Source of the DNA: Camelus ferus
Lineage: Eukaryota
Reading direction: 5' to 3'
Length of the DNA: 64,000 nt
Assembly: GCF_009834535.1 (NCBI RefSeq)
Contig: NC_045707.1
Location: 58,964,001-59,028,000 of the forward strand
Positions 1 to 11,720 of the stretch are shown piece by piece; position 1 is the first letter of the stretch, and each line of letters starts with the position of its first letter. Both the position numbers and the translations under genes were made by a program. Below the pieces are notes generated by a model. That model was not told the origin of the DNA. It was given only the letters and a program-made list of their open reading frames with translations, and did not search any database.

Positions 1-545
1 TCTAAATCTAACTACATCATTTTCCAACTTTGAAACCCAAGTGCTATCCTCACAGTATAAAATTAAAATTCCACAACATGGCTTAAGCCTCTGTCCAATC
101 TTGATTCTTTCTCTTTCTCCAGCCTCATCTCCTACTACTCCTGCCTCCTCCCTGAAAATTCAGGGCCAAACTACTGGTAGCTCCCTGCACGTTGTTTTCT
201 TTTCTCATTGTCCATCCTCTCTTCGTAGTAGACATCCCCTCTTCTTACATTCTTCTTGCCTGGTTCTGGAGGCTACCTACCTTCTGAAACGTTCAGTCTC
301 ACAGCTCAGAAAAGGCAGGTAGCAAGAATCCTCCTTGACCATCAGGCTAGGATAGATGACATTCCCTATAGTTCCAGAATACTTTGTGCATATTTTGTCA
401 GAGTGCATTTTTTAAAAATTGTGTTTATTTCCCATTAGACTGACCTATTAGAGAAAAGCAAATATGTCTAATTCATCTTGAACATTTCTAGAAATAGTCT
501 CAGAGCTGCCCCTCAATAAATGTTCAATAAGGGAATGAATAGACA
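1..545 (+). mobile_element. L2 LINE 3' fragment (ancient)
   Basis: Degenerate L2 body ending in the typical 3' tail CTCAATAAATGTTCAATAAGGGAATGAAT (about 512-540). Confidence 0.65.
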
Positions 546-1104
546 TTTCTACCCCTAAATGGGATATAGATAGCATATGAGGTGCCAATGAGTATTTGCT
601 GAATTCAGTGTATAACTGGATTAATGAAGTACCGCAATCATCAGGCTAGAATTCCCTACTGCAGGCAGCTGTCTGATACCAAGTCAAAGAACTGCATATT
701 TTTCTTGCTCTGAAATTTTGTCCCAGGGTAGTAATATTTTCCTTTACTTACTTTATAAGTATTTTAATATGTTGAAGATATGTAACTATTTGTTGACTGA
801 ATGTTTTCCCCATTCGTCTATGAGGGCCATGACATTATTGATTTTATATCCTGGGGGTGGAACTTTCACGTGTTAAGCATTTTAAGTATCTTGGTTCAAA
901 AGAGACACATAGTAACTACTTGTTGAATAAGAAAATGAACAAACGGATGAATAGATTCCACTGTTCAGGATTTCTTATTTTGTTATTTCAAGTGGGGATA
1001 ACAGCCAATAATCAGGACCAGATCAAGATGGCAAACATTAAAAATGTCTTGAATTTTGGAAGGAAGTTCAAAAGTCACAATCAGCACTTTTGCTATTTGA
1101 ACAA

Positions 1105-2482
1105 AGGACCTCTCACCTGACAGGGCAAGAAATACATATGCGTAGATACACAGATTGGATACGCACATCTATAAATACTTCTAAATGCCAATATCGGTAT
1201 GACATTAAGCACGATGTGAGTTGATACTGATGTCTCTGCTCTAATCCACAACCGCATGGGTTACTCTAGCCTTTCTCCCATATTTTCACGTAACCTGCAC
1301 TCCAAAAGTTAGAAAACCGATTCCCACCATCCCCTTCCACTCGCTTAACTTCAGTTCCAATACATAGTGGTTTCAGAATTGATAACCCATACTCCTGCGG
1401 GAACCAACTTTATCAACTAGAGTTGAGTGTTCATGCAAAGTTCCTTTTGCCTTTAGTCTTACAGATGCCACTCCACTTGCAAAGTTACCTGCTTAGGTCA
1501 GCACCTTATTCCCCAACTGTTTCATATTTTCTAGTGTTAGGGTTTTTTTTTTCTTTTTGGTCTCATCCCATATTCATCTTGAGATCCCTTAACTTCAATA
1601 AACCTTTTAAACATTTGCATACGTAAGAGTTCACCGTTACATAGTAAAGTTACGCGGACACTGGCAAGTACACAATGTCATCTATTTGCCAACAGTACCA
1701 TGTGGAGTAATTTTACTGCCCTTAAAAGTCTCCTGTGCATTACTTATTTATTCCTTCCTCATCCTCCAAGCTTCTAACAATTGGTCTGGTCACTGCATCT
1801 ATAGTCTTGCCTTTGCAGAACTTCACTTAAATGAAATAAAAAAATTTGTTGCCTTTTCAGACTGGCCTCCTTCACTTAGCAATATACATTTAAGATTCAC
1901 CCATATCTTTCTGTGTGCTTGAGAGCTCATTCTCTTTTATTGCCAAATAATACTCCATTACAGGGATATACTACATGTAGTTTACCCATTGTTGCAGGAC
2001 ATCTTGGTTGGTAACAGTTGTGGGTGATTATGAATGGAGCTGCTTGCTATAAACAGTCTCATGCAGGATTATGTGTACATGTAAGTTTTTAAATCAGTTG
2101 AGTGAATGCCTAATAGTGCAGTGATGAAGCATATTTCAAACACTATGTTCTGCTTTACAAGAAACTGCCAAACTGTCTTCCAAAGTGGGTGGGTATACTA
2201 TTTTGCCCACCCACTGCAATGATTGAGAATTCTTGTTAATCCACATCCTTACCAGCAACTGGTAGTCCCAGTTTTTAAAATTTACTCTTAACTATTCCAA
2301 TAGATAGATAATATAGTGTTTTTTCACTGTTATTTTGATTTGCATTTCACTAACACATGATATTGCACATCTTTTTGTATGTTCATTTGACGTATTTATA
2401 TTTTCTTCGGTGAGGTATTTATTCAAATCTTTTGCCCATCTTTAAAGTGAGTGGTTTGTTTTATTGTTGAGTTCTAAGTGTT
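1105..2482 (-). mobile_element. Old L1 (L1MD-like), 3' UTR and ORF2 3' end
   Basis: L1MD-type 3' UTR text (GAGTTGATACTGATGTCTCTGCTCTAATCCA) followed by antisense ORF2-end motifs (GAAACTGCCAAACTGTCTTCCAAAGTGG, ATTTGCATTTCACTAA). Confidence 0.8.
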
Positions 2483-2491
2483 TTTGTTTGG

Positions 2492-2642
2492 TTTTTTTTT
2501 AATACTGTTTTCCATAATGGCTGCACCAAACTACATTCCCACCAACAGTGTAAGAGGGTTCCCTTTTCTCCACACCCTCTCTAGCATTTATCATTTATGG
2601 ACTTTTGAATGATGGCCATTCTGACAGGTGTAAGGTGATACC
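2492..2642 (-). mobile_element. Young L1 ORF2 C-terminal fragment with A-tail (non-inverted arm of a 5'-inverted insertion)
   Basis: The minus strand encodes [14 protein letters not shown] and continues to GGAAAACAGTATT, then A9 (T-run at 2492-2500 on +). It is highly similar to the L1 at 27706-28510. Confidence 0.9.
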
Positions 2643-3249
2643 ACTCACTCTTGCCACTTCTATTCAGCATAGTTTTGAAAGTCCTAGCCACAGCAATTAG
2701 GAAAGAAAAAGAAATAAAGGGGATCCAAATTGGAAAAAAAGAGGTAAAATTGTCACTATATGCAGATGACATGATAATATATATTGAAAACCCTAATGAC
2801 TCCACACAAAAACTACTAGAACTGATAAATGAGTTCAGCAAGATAGCAAGATACAAGATTAACATACAGAAATCAGTTGCATTTCTTTACAATAACAATG
2901 AAATATCAGGAAAAGAAAGTATAGAAACAATCCCTTTTAAAATTACAACCAAAACAGTAAACTACTTAGGAATAAATTTGACCAGAAGATGAAAGACTTA
3001 TACATAGAGAACTACAAAACACTGATTAAGGAAATTAAAGATGACTTAAAGAAATGGAGAGCTATCCCATGTTCTTGGACTGGAAGAATCAATATTGTTA
3101 AAATGACCATGATGCCCAAGGCAATCTACAGATTTAATGCAATTCCTATCAAATTACCCATGACGCTTCTCACAGACCTAGAACAAATAATCCTAAAATT
3201 TATATGGAATCACAAAAGATCTAGAATTGCCAAAGCAATACTGAACAAA
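2643..3249 (+). pseudogene. L1 ORF2 reverse-transcriptase fragment, frameshifted (inverted arm of the same insertion)
   Basis: ORFs 2651-2992 and 2989-3360 give [47 protein letters not shown] (RT YADD motif) and [14 protein letters not shown]...[13 protein letters not shown]...IAKAIL. Frameshift near 2989; homology stops at about 3249. Confidence 0.95.
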
Positions 3250-4065
3250 GGTATTTTAAATTCCCTGTCAAATAATTCTAAAATCTGTGTCGTGTGTGAG
3301 TGTGATTCTGATAATTGCTTTGTTTTGTTTCTTCATATGGTACTTTTTCTTCCCTTCTGAGGTACCTTGTAATTTCTAAAAGAGAGAGGTGTTGTATTAG
3401 CTACTAGTAACAGAGGTAAACAGGCCCATAAAGCAAAGCTTTGTGGTTATCTGGTTGGGAGCTGGGCTGTGTTTAATGTTTGCCCTAGCCGTAAATGCCC
3501 AAGGCTTTAAATTCTTCCAGGATGCTGGTTTTTGCTTCCTCTCTTGACTTTGGCCTTCTCTTCTTCAGAGTTTGTCTTGAGTTCTTTCTGCTATGACTCA
3601 CTGTTATTACATAGGAATCCTGTTGGTACAGTAGTATGGTTTGGGAGAAGGCTATCCCTATAATCTTATGATTGAGTATCAGTCTTTTAGTGGGCTTGTG
3701 TGGGCTGTGACCTTCGATAGTGTTTTTCCAGAAGCACAGACAACACCATCCCATCTCTACTCCCATCCCTTATGGAAGCATTTCTAATCTATTTCTTTGA
3801 CTCTATCCCTTTGACTGTGTGTCCTCCCCTTGCCTCTTTGGTGAGACAGAGAGGGTATGGAGGCTGAAGCTAAGCCTCATAAATGATTGTTTCCTGGAGA
3901 TCAGGCCTTTGCTACGGAAAAGGTACTGAGTACTTTTCATAATGACTGTTCTTCTCCTTCCCTTGCCAGAACAAGGGGGGTCCTTTCTCAGATCTTCAAC
4001 ACGAGAACCTAGCAGGATTCCTGGCAGTAGAACCCACAATGGACTAGAGGGTCCCCAAGACTTTC
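3250..4065 (-). mobile_element. Old L1 (L1MD-like) 5' region, part 1
   Basis: Antisense L1M 5'/ORF1-start text (TTTTAAATTCCCTGTCAAATAATTCTAAAATCTGTGT...TTCTGATAATTGCTTTG). It continues after the insertion at about 4940. Confidence 0.65.
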
Positions 4066-4936
4066 TCTTTTTTTTTTTCATTTTTAAAATTTGTGTATTT
4101 CTTTTACAATTATCATTTTTTAAATTGAAGTGTAGCTGATGTACAATATTATATGTTACAGGTATACAATGTAATACTTCACAATTTTTAAAGGTTATAT
4201 TCCATTGATAGTTATTGTAAAATATTGGCTGTGTTCCCCATGTTGTACAATACATGCTTGTAGCTTATTTTATACCTTATAGTTTATTACCTCTTAATCC
4301 TCCACCTCCATCTTGCCCCTCCCCTGCCCTCTCCCGCTGGTAACCACTAGTTCCTTCTCTACATCTGTGAGCCTGTTTTTCTGTTATATTCACTAGTTTG
4401 TTGTATTTTTTTTTTTAGACTCCACATGTAAGTGGTATCTTACAGCATTTGTCCTTCTCTGTCCAACTTATTTCACTTAGCATAATGCCGTCCAAGTCCA
4501 CCTATGCTGCACACCAGAAACTAATACAACACTTAAAATCAACTGTACTTCCATTAAAAAACAACCAACCCACCCACTTGAAATAAGGGCAGAAGAACCG
4601 AACAGAAATTTTTCCGAAAGAGGAAATGCAGATGGCCAGCAGGAACACGAAAAGTTTCTCAACATCACAACATCAGGGAAATGCAAATCAAAATCACAAT
4701 GAGGTATCATCTCACACCTGTCAGCATGGCCATCATCAAAAAGAACACAAATAAGAGATGTTGTCAAGGTTGTGGAGAAAAGGGAACCCTTGTACGCTGT
4801 TGGTGGGAATGTAAATTGGTGCAGCCACTATGGAAAATAGGGAGGTTTCTCAAAAACCTAAAAATAGAACCACCATATGGCTCAGCAGTTCCACTCCTGG
4901 GCATGTGTCAGAGAAAAAGAGAAACATTAATTCAAA
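4066..4936 (-). mobile_element. Cetartiodactyl-type L1 3' end with inverted ORF2 segment
   Basis: 4066-4505 is a T-rich tail plus antisense 3' UTR (AAATTGAAGTGTAGCTGATGTACAATATT...TTCACTTAGCATAATG). 4505-4560 is a short sense L1 terminus. 4570-4936 is sense ORF2 (MQIKITMRYHLTPVSMAIIKK...[13 protein letters not shown]). Confidence 0.9.
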
Positions 4937-4939
4937 AAG

Positions 4940-5345
4940 TTTTTCACTCTTACATTAGTCCACATTCAATCTTTAGAATTTTGTCAAAATGGCAATGAAA
5001 GTGTTTGACCAGTTAGTTTATGACTCAAGTCTTCTGCTCCAAGTAAGTGTATCTCAGATGTGACTCTCAGTATGAGAGAGAGGGAGGGAGAGACAGGAAG
5101 GGAGAGGGAAGGGCAGGAGCGGAGGGGTAGGAGAGAGAGACAGAGAGACACACACAGAGAGAGAAAGAACTCTCTCTCTCTCTAGATTTCACAGTGTCAG
5201 TTTGCCCTGCAACCTTATTTCTCTAGTGGGTCCAAGAAAAGAAAAGTTGCTGGTCTCCTGTGTGTCCAGGTTTTTTTTTGTTGTTGTTATAAGGATACAA
5301 GTGAGGCCCTCCAAGCTCTTTACAAGCTGGAACTGAAACAGTCCC
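4940..5345 (-). mobile_element. Old L1 (L1MD-like) extreme 5' end
   Basis: The reverse complement of 5300-5345 reads TTTCAGTTCCAGCTTGTAAAGAGCTTGGAGG, resembling the L1MD 5' terminus. It is interrupted by a GA-rich microsatellite. Confidence 0.6.
5073..5183. repeat. GA-rich purine tract followed by (TC)n
   Basis: About 95 nt of almost pure GA sequence, then CTCTCTCTCTCTCT. Confidence 0.9.
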
Positions 5346-5769
5346 CTCCAGACCACTGTATTCTGATTCTTCTTGGTATTTCTATGATTCCTATTTTGGC
5401 ACTGCAAAAATTAGTAGCTCCTCTAATTTTCCTTAATAGCTCCTTATTTCATGTTCTCTGGATTTCTGATTAAGGCCTTAATTCTCATGGTTGCGTTGGT
5501 GGAATAATTTTAAGTCCTCAGCGGTCTCTATGTTACCTGATTGTTACTGCTCTTTTAAGTACTAGGGGACAAACAAGCAAGCAAGCAAGCAAAAAACCCC
5601 ATTATTTCTGGACTTGTTTACTTTATCTCACTTTAAGCGTCTTCTATATCTAGGAGCATTGAAAAGTTGTCTCTGATGACATAAAGACACAAATTTATGC
5701 CCATTATAAGCAAATTACAGGTGCATACCTCTTCCTTGAATTGATTCATAGGAAGGGTGTCTTGGACTC

Positions 5770-5955
5770 CAGCGTCTTAAACTATGGCCTTAAGACCACC
5801 TGTAACAAAGTAGTCCAGAGGCTTATTCAGAACGTAGATTCACAGGCCCAAGTGTTGCCCATTAAAACTGAACATCAGCGGGTGGGGCCTGAGAATATGG
5901 ATTTTATTAGCACCCCAGGCGATTTATATACATACTGTATTTTGAGAACTACTGT
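5770..5955. mobile_element. MER5-type hAT-Charlie MITE
   Basis: GGGTGGGGCCTGAGAATATGGATTTT...CACCCCAGGCGATT...TTTGAGAACTACTG terminus. Confidence 0.75.
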
Positions 5956-7964
5956 CTTGAACATTTATCATTAACTTCTGTTATTAGCTATAGTAAGTCA
6001 AGAGATATCTAAGCCCAGCTTTGTCCAAGGAAGTGACTATTTACCTAAGTATCAATCTGCCTAACTAAATGATAAATGTAACCCAGATTATTATGGGCTG
6101 CATGAACCACCAACACAACACTTATTTTTCAAATCCTTTAATGTTTTAACGATTCATCCCGTGGAGCTGTTTATTTCTTCAACCAGGGCAGAAGTGTGAA
6201 AGATTTCTTCACAGTTCTTCTAATTATACAGTCACAGTATCAACCATGTAAAATGAATCAATATTGCAATGTTGCTCCAGTGCGCTGCTTTTGGAAGAAA
6301 TGCACTATGAAACTAAGCCACATTGTCAATCTTAAAACAAAACTGAGTCTAGACTGAAATGAAACAGAGCATCTCACAATCAAAACAGAAGCTATCCTAT
6401 TTGTCTTCCTCCTGCCGTCTTCAGAAAGGGAGCTAAGAGAGCCGATAAAGGAGCACCCAGTATCCCTTTGACTATTCGAGTTTACTTTCTTTACATCTTG
6501 ATGAGAAGTCTTCATACAATACTCTCCTTATTCCATTAAAATCTATTTTAAAAAATGAACCCTCGGCATTTTATATTTTTCACTCCATTTCTGGAACATG
6601 AGTGTAAATAAAAATTGGGTTGAAGTGTTCTCTTAGTCCTACTTTATCTATCTTTTTTTCCATCCCAACCTACTTTCCCCTGTGATCAATCAAGGACTGT
6701 GCGGGAATAATGCAGGAGTCAGTCAAGGTCAAGATGGAAATTCTTGAAAAGAATGCAGTGTAGACAGAACTTTGCTGAGAAGTAATATTTATGAGTTGAT
6801 AGAGTTCACTTATTTCATGGAAGGTCAGAGGATGTGGGTTACACGGAAAAGCTGTCTCAAACTAGGTATGATCTTGTTTGTAATTTATCCACAACTGGCC
6901 ATTGAAGGGCAGGAAAGATTCCACTTTTATTGGCCAGAATTTCAAGAAAAGGAAGAGCTTTCTATCACAGAGATTCTATCACATTGAAAAGCCTGTTATG
7001 TTAGCAAATATGATATTCCTATGAAATTTAACACTGCTGTTCCTATGGGCTACTGCTGGAACTTGGGATATATGTGACAAAAGCTGTCCCAGTGCAATCA
7101 TGCAAACTGCTATCTGAACACGGAATAAACCCTTTTGCTACAAAAGTAGGGAAGTAATAGGAAGGAAAAGATGGCATTCATGTTGAAATTTACATTTACT
7201 AAGTGCTAACCAGGTGTCATGTTCAATATCAGTGCTTTAAATCAGTATTCTATTTAACACTATACCATTCCGGTGAAGTGTTATCATCGTGAAAATTTAC
7301 ACATGGTGAATCTAAATGTCACAAAGTCAGCACTTGGCATAGAAAGGACTGGAATCCAGACCAATCTAATTTTAAAGCACGTCCTCTTTCTTTACACCAG
7401 GCCTTTAGGGATCATGGATCTGCACTCTAGCCTTCATGGTGTCCAGACCTTCCGGTCTCCAAGGATCACCAGCGTCTTCAAGTGACTTGCTAACTACGCC
7501 TTTCATTCTCTTATTTTTCCCAACTCAGTATTTCGTCATTTTCTTGAACCTAAGACTCAATTCTAACAACAAAAATATTAAATACATTATAATTCCCTTT
7601 GATTTGTGAATCACTTGGGCTAGAATAACGTAAAATTGGTAACTAATAGCAATAGGGAGTCCTGAAATAGAAATGTATTTGCTTTCGTAAAAATGTTAAA
7701 AGCTCCTTTAACACCTTATTCAACAGTTGGAGCAATCTTGTGTGGGCCTAACAGATATAGCCTTATACACAGCTAAGGGCTAAGAAAAATCTCACTGTAC
7801 GTGTTCATTATTTATCTTACCAATGTAATTACATAATTTAATACCAAAGCCATCATCCAACACTAAGATTGAACAGAAAAAAACAGACTCATTCTTCCTT
7901 CCTCCCTCTATCTCCCTTTCTTCCTTCCTATCTTTCTTTCCTTTTTCTTTTTTTTTCCCCTCTC

Positions 7965-8080
7965 TCTCATTAAAAATTTAATGAATGTCCTATGTGTTCC
8001 AAACCCTGTTCTAAGCAAGGACATAGAGCAGTGAACAAAACAAAGTCCCAGACTTCAAGGAGCTTTCATTCTAGTGGAAT
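7965..8080 (-). mobile_element. L2 3' fragment
   Basis: TTTAATGAATGTCCTATGTGTTCCAAACCCTGTTCTAAGC...CAGTGAACAAAACAAAGTCCC...GGAGCTTTCATTCTAGTGG. Confidence 0.75.
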
Positions 8081-8349
8081 TTTATTTATGTAAAACAGTG
8101 CATTTCTGTTTACAGTCTTAAAGTTTGCAAATTTCGTACTTTAAAATTTTGCGTATTTCAAATAAGACCTGTGAGTACTCTTAATAACAGCATTGCTTCT
8201 ACTGAAATAACTTGAATGTTAGTGTCATGATGAAAGGAGTAAGATCTATCCAACCATTCTTGTTTCTGTAGTAGGACATAGGCATAGTTCATGGCACTCA
8301 GATGGAAGGCCATAAATATATTCATGAATTTAAGAGGTGTGTGCCTGGG

Positions 8350-8600
8350 GTTCCACTTTCTAATGTAGTGGTCACTAGCTACAAGTGGCATTTAAATGTA
8401 TATTTAAATTATTTAAAACTGAAGTAACATTAAAAATTTAGTTCTGCAGTACCATTAGCAACATTTCAACTGATGTACAGCCACGTTTGACTAATGCCTT
8501 GTCAAACGCCTGGCCTTGCCAAATATGACCAGTGACTAGTACATCGGACAGTGTGAAAAACATTGCTACCATCGCTGTAAGTTCTGTTGGACAGCACTGC
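8350..8600 (-). mobile_element. MER3 hAT-Charlie MITE
   Basis: GTAGTGGTCACTAGCTACAAGTGGC, an AT-rich core, and the AAGTTCTGTTGGACAGCACTG terminus, with a short internal insertion. Confidence 0.8.
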
Positions 8601-8799
8601 CATAGGATTCTACCATTAAAACTGATGTCTATTGTTGGTCCAAATCGGTGATTTTTTACTCATATTATGAGAAGTATGTTTTAGGAAACACTAGTTAATA
8701 TGTGCTTTTGAGAACAGGGAACAGATGTTAAATTTCATCAAATAAATTAAGATGATTATAGCTCTTTAAAAATAAATTCCCTAATACTTCTTTGTATGA

Positions 8800-10020
8800 C
8801 GGATTTAATGAAGATGTATTTCCTCATGTTTAGTTATTCTTGCTTCCCTAGGACACATACGACTTGTTTGTGGCATTTCATTCTTCTGTATGAAATTCTG
8901 AAAGACTTTTTACAGGAATTTTCCTTTTATACCTTATATTAGTTTATTCTTTGTATAACATGTTAAGAGTGCTTATCAAACCATTTTTAGCTTTCAAAAT
9001 TATTTCTAGGAGGATTTAATCTTTGTCAGTGCTATGAACATATCAAATAGCTAAATAATTACCTATTTAAAAATTTGGTCTGGTACATATTTTAGGATTT
9101 TTTAATTTTAATACAGAATTATTTATAAAAATTTTTGTAATTTATAGCTTCCAACTGCCACATTTACTGAAAATTTCCCATTATGTTAGAAGAGATTCTC
9201 TTTCTTTTATTCTTTAAAAAATTTCTTTACATTCTGGCTGTAATGTCTTTCTCATTCCTGAGGTGTGGCTTTAGTGGCTTCTTTCTTTTTCTTAAATATC
9301 CTGCCTGAATTTAGATTTACTCGTAAGTTCTAATGCACTTCTAATTTTAACTAAGCAATTTTTAATTTTAATATTTTTTTACCTTTTGGAGCTGAGTGCT
9401 TACTTTGTTTCTATTCTTTCATGTTTAAGAACATGAACATTTTTCACTATAAATTTTCCTCATAAAATTCAGTAATTTAGTGAGTTATATTAGTTCTATT
9501 TCAACTGATAAACAGCAACATGTGGCTAGTGGCTACACACTCAACAGTTAAAAGAATATTTCCATCACTGTGAGAAGTTCACAAACTCACTATTAAACTC
9601 AATGTCCACTGTTCCAAATAGGTACTCTTAATGGTATCTCATAAATTTTTACATGCAACGTTCTAAAACTAAATTGTGAATATTCTTTTATGTAATTTGA
9701 AACTTGAGTATCTTTTTCAGCAATCAAGATTGTATTTTTCAGTTTCTGTAGTTATCTCTTAGTTAAATTTAAAAATTGTCCTCCAGTGTTATGTTACTAT
9801 GGTGAGAGAATGTGGTTAGTCAAATAATAACTTTGGGAAATTTTCTAAACTGTTCTCTCTAGCTTACTATGAGATCTTGTTTTATAATTGTTTTTTATCA
9901 ACATTTAAAGCAATGTTTTATAAACATTTGAAAAAGATTACCTATACTCTGCTCATAGAGTAGAATGTGACATATTTTACAGATATATTTTTTAAATTGT
10001 AGTGGTACACCAAAATTCCT
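8800..10020 (-). mobile_element. Highly decayed old L1 ORF2, interrupted by a MER3/MER33-like fragment (about 9460-9580)
   Basis: T-rich antisense L1-like text (TGGTGAGAGAATGTGGTT...CTTTGGGAAATTTT), and CATGTGGCTAGTGGCTAC at about 9520. Confidence 0.5.
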
Positions 10021-11559
10021 ATCTTATTTAAAGGCTCCATTTTTCTTTCAGATTTTTTCCTATGGTGTCTACAACTGCATGCAGCTATATGTGGGGAAAA
10101 TAAAAAATCACATACTTTGTCTTTAAGAACTGACTCTGGTTGGTAACCTGAGGTATCGTCCAAGGATGGCACGGGAGCGGTGTGTACTCTGTTCCCTGGC
10201 GCACCAAATAAGTAGCCAAGAGTAAACCAAGGACACTGAGACAACTCATGACCCCAGTATTTCTAATTTGCCATATAATCCACAGTTTGGAAAAGGTTTC
10301 TACCTTCTATATTTTCCTTTTGAACTGCAAAGCTCTCTTCAAATTTCTAAGCCTTACTGAAGGGAGGCAGGTTTCATTTGAAAAGGAGTAAGTTCCTAAG
10401 AGCTACTTTATATTTTCCACTTAAAAATAAAATGTATCTTCCTGGGCTGAAACCATTTGACCATGTTTTTATGATGACGTACTAGGTAGTCTCACATCAG
10501 GAGGAGGGAACGCCAGCATTCACTGTAATTGTATTTACTCTGTTGCTTAGTACAAGATAACCAACTCATAAAGGAGCAAAGGAATCGGGCAGGAGCAAGA
10601 GGCAATCCTTCAGGGGGAATTTGGCACAGAGTAGGTACTTATGCCCTTTTGTTAAATGGATAAGATGATTAAAATCAGGGAATCTTTGGACCAACCATTG
10701 ATGAATAAATGACAAGAATCTCAAGGTTGAGAAAAAGGAAATAGTACTCTAGAGGAGAATCTTGAAAGAAGGTTGGAGAGTGAGAGAAGCATTTTTCCAT
10801 ATCCATCCAGATACATGGCACTAGCTAATAATCTCAGTTTCCATTATTAATGCTACATTAAACAACTCTAGATATTGGAAAACTCCACATTCCTCAATCT
10901 AGCCAAAATGCTAGTTTGTCGTATTTGCACTGATTCCTATAGCATAAACAAGTGCTCTATATATGTTTCTAAGTCCAGTAGTTTTTCATCTGCTTCTCTA
11001 CCCTTCCCTCAAGGAAGCAGAAAGACAAAAAAGCAGGAGGTGATATGGAGGGATATATATGAATGAACTGATTATCAGTACAGATCATTAATGTGTAACA
11101 CTAGTGATAATGAGGGCTCACATGGTCTAGGGTTTATGCAAAACCACATTAAAATAAGTGACAACATTCCATCAGAGAAAAAATTAAGTCCTTGCTCTCA
11201 CTGTAAAGATACTGAAAAGTCGATGAATTTTTAACATGGCATCATTAGATATTTTCTATCTCTCACCTATGCCATACAGTAACTCCTAGAAAATACTGCT
11301 CTCCCCTCTCGTTCTGGTACCCCAATTTCTCCTCTCCACATTCCCTGTCCCCCACCGTGAGCGGTGTCTGTCTCTCACTCTATCCTTATGCGCATGCACA
11401 CTGTTCTCCATGTAACCCCTCCCTTCCACATCCCTTCCATAAAATGCTCCTTGTTTCTTAAGCAAAATTTCCCCTTCTTTTTTTCTTGGAAAATTTTAGA
11501 AGCTATCTATACGCTTATAGACTATCTGGCATGAAACAGTAAGGAAAGTTTCATTCTAT

Positions 11560-11720
11560 CTGGGTCCTGAATTTGTCTCTAATTAGCTGTGTGCTGTGCA
11601 CAATATTTTCTCTCTTTGTGCCTTAGTTTCCTTATTTGTAAGATGAAGACAATATATGCCTATTTTAGAGCTGTGATAAAAACGCGATACTTTATGTGAA
11701 AAAACCTAGCACCTAGTTCG
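11560..11720 (+). mobile_element. MIR SINE
   Basis: Core TGTGCCTTAGTTTCCTTATTTGTAAGATG. Confidence 0.75.

Noticed and set aside
2651..3360. RT-containing ORFs as an active retroelement or novel reverse-transcriptase system
   Set aside because: This is ordinary L1 ORF2: about 600 bp, frameshifted, with no promoter, ORF1 or endonuclease.
3803..4255. 150-aa minus-strand ORF
   Set aside because: It reads through an L1 3' UTR, an A-rich tail and old L1 5' sequence, so it is repeat-derived.
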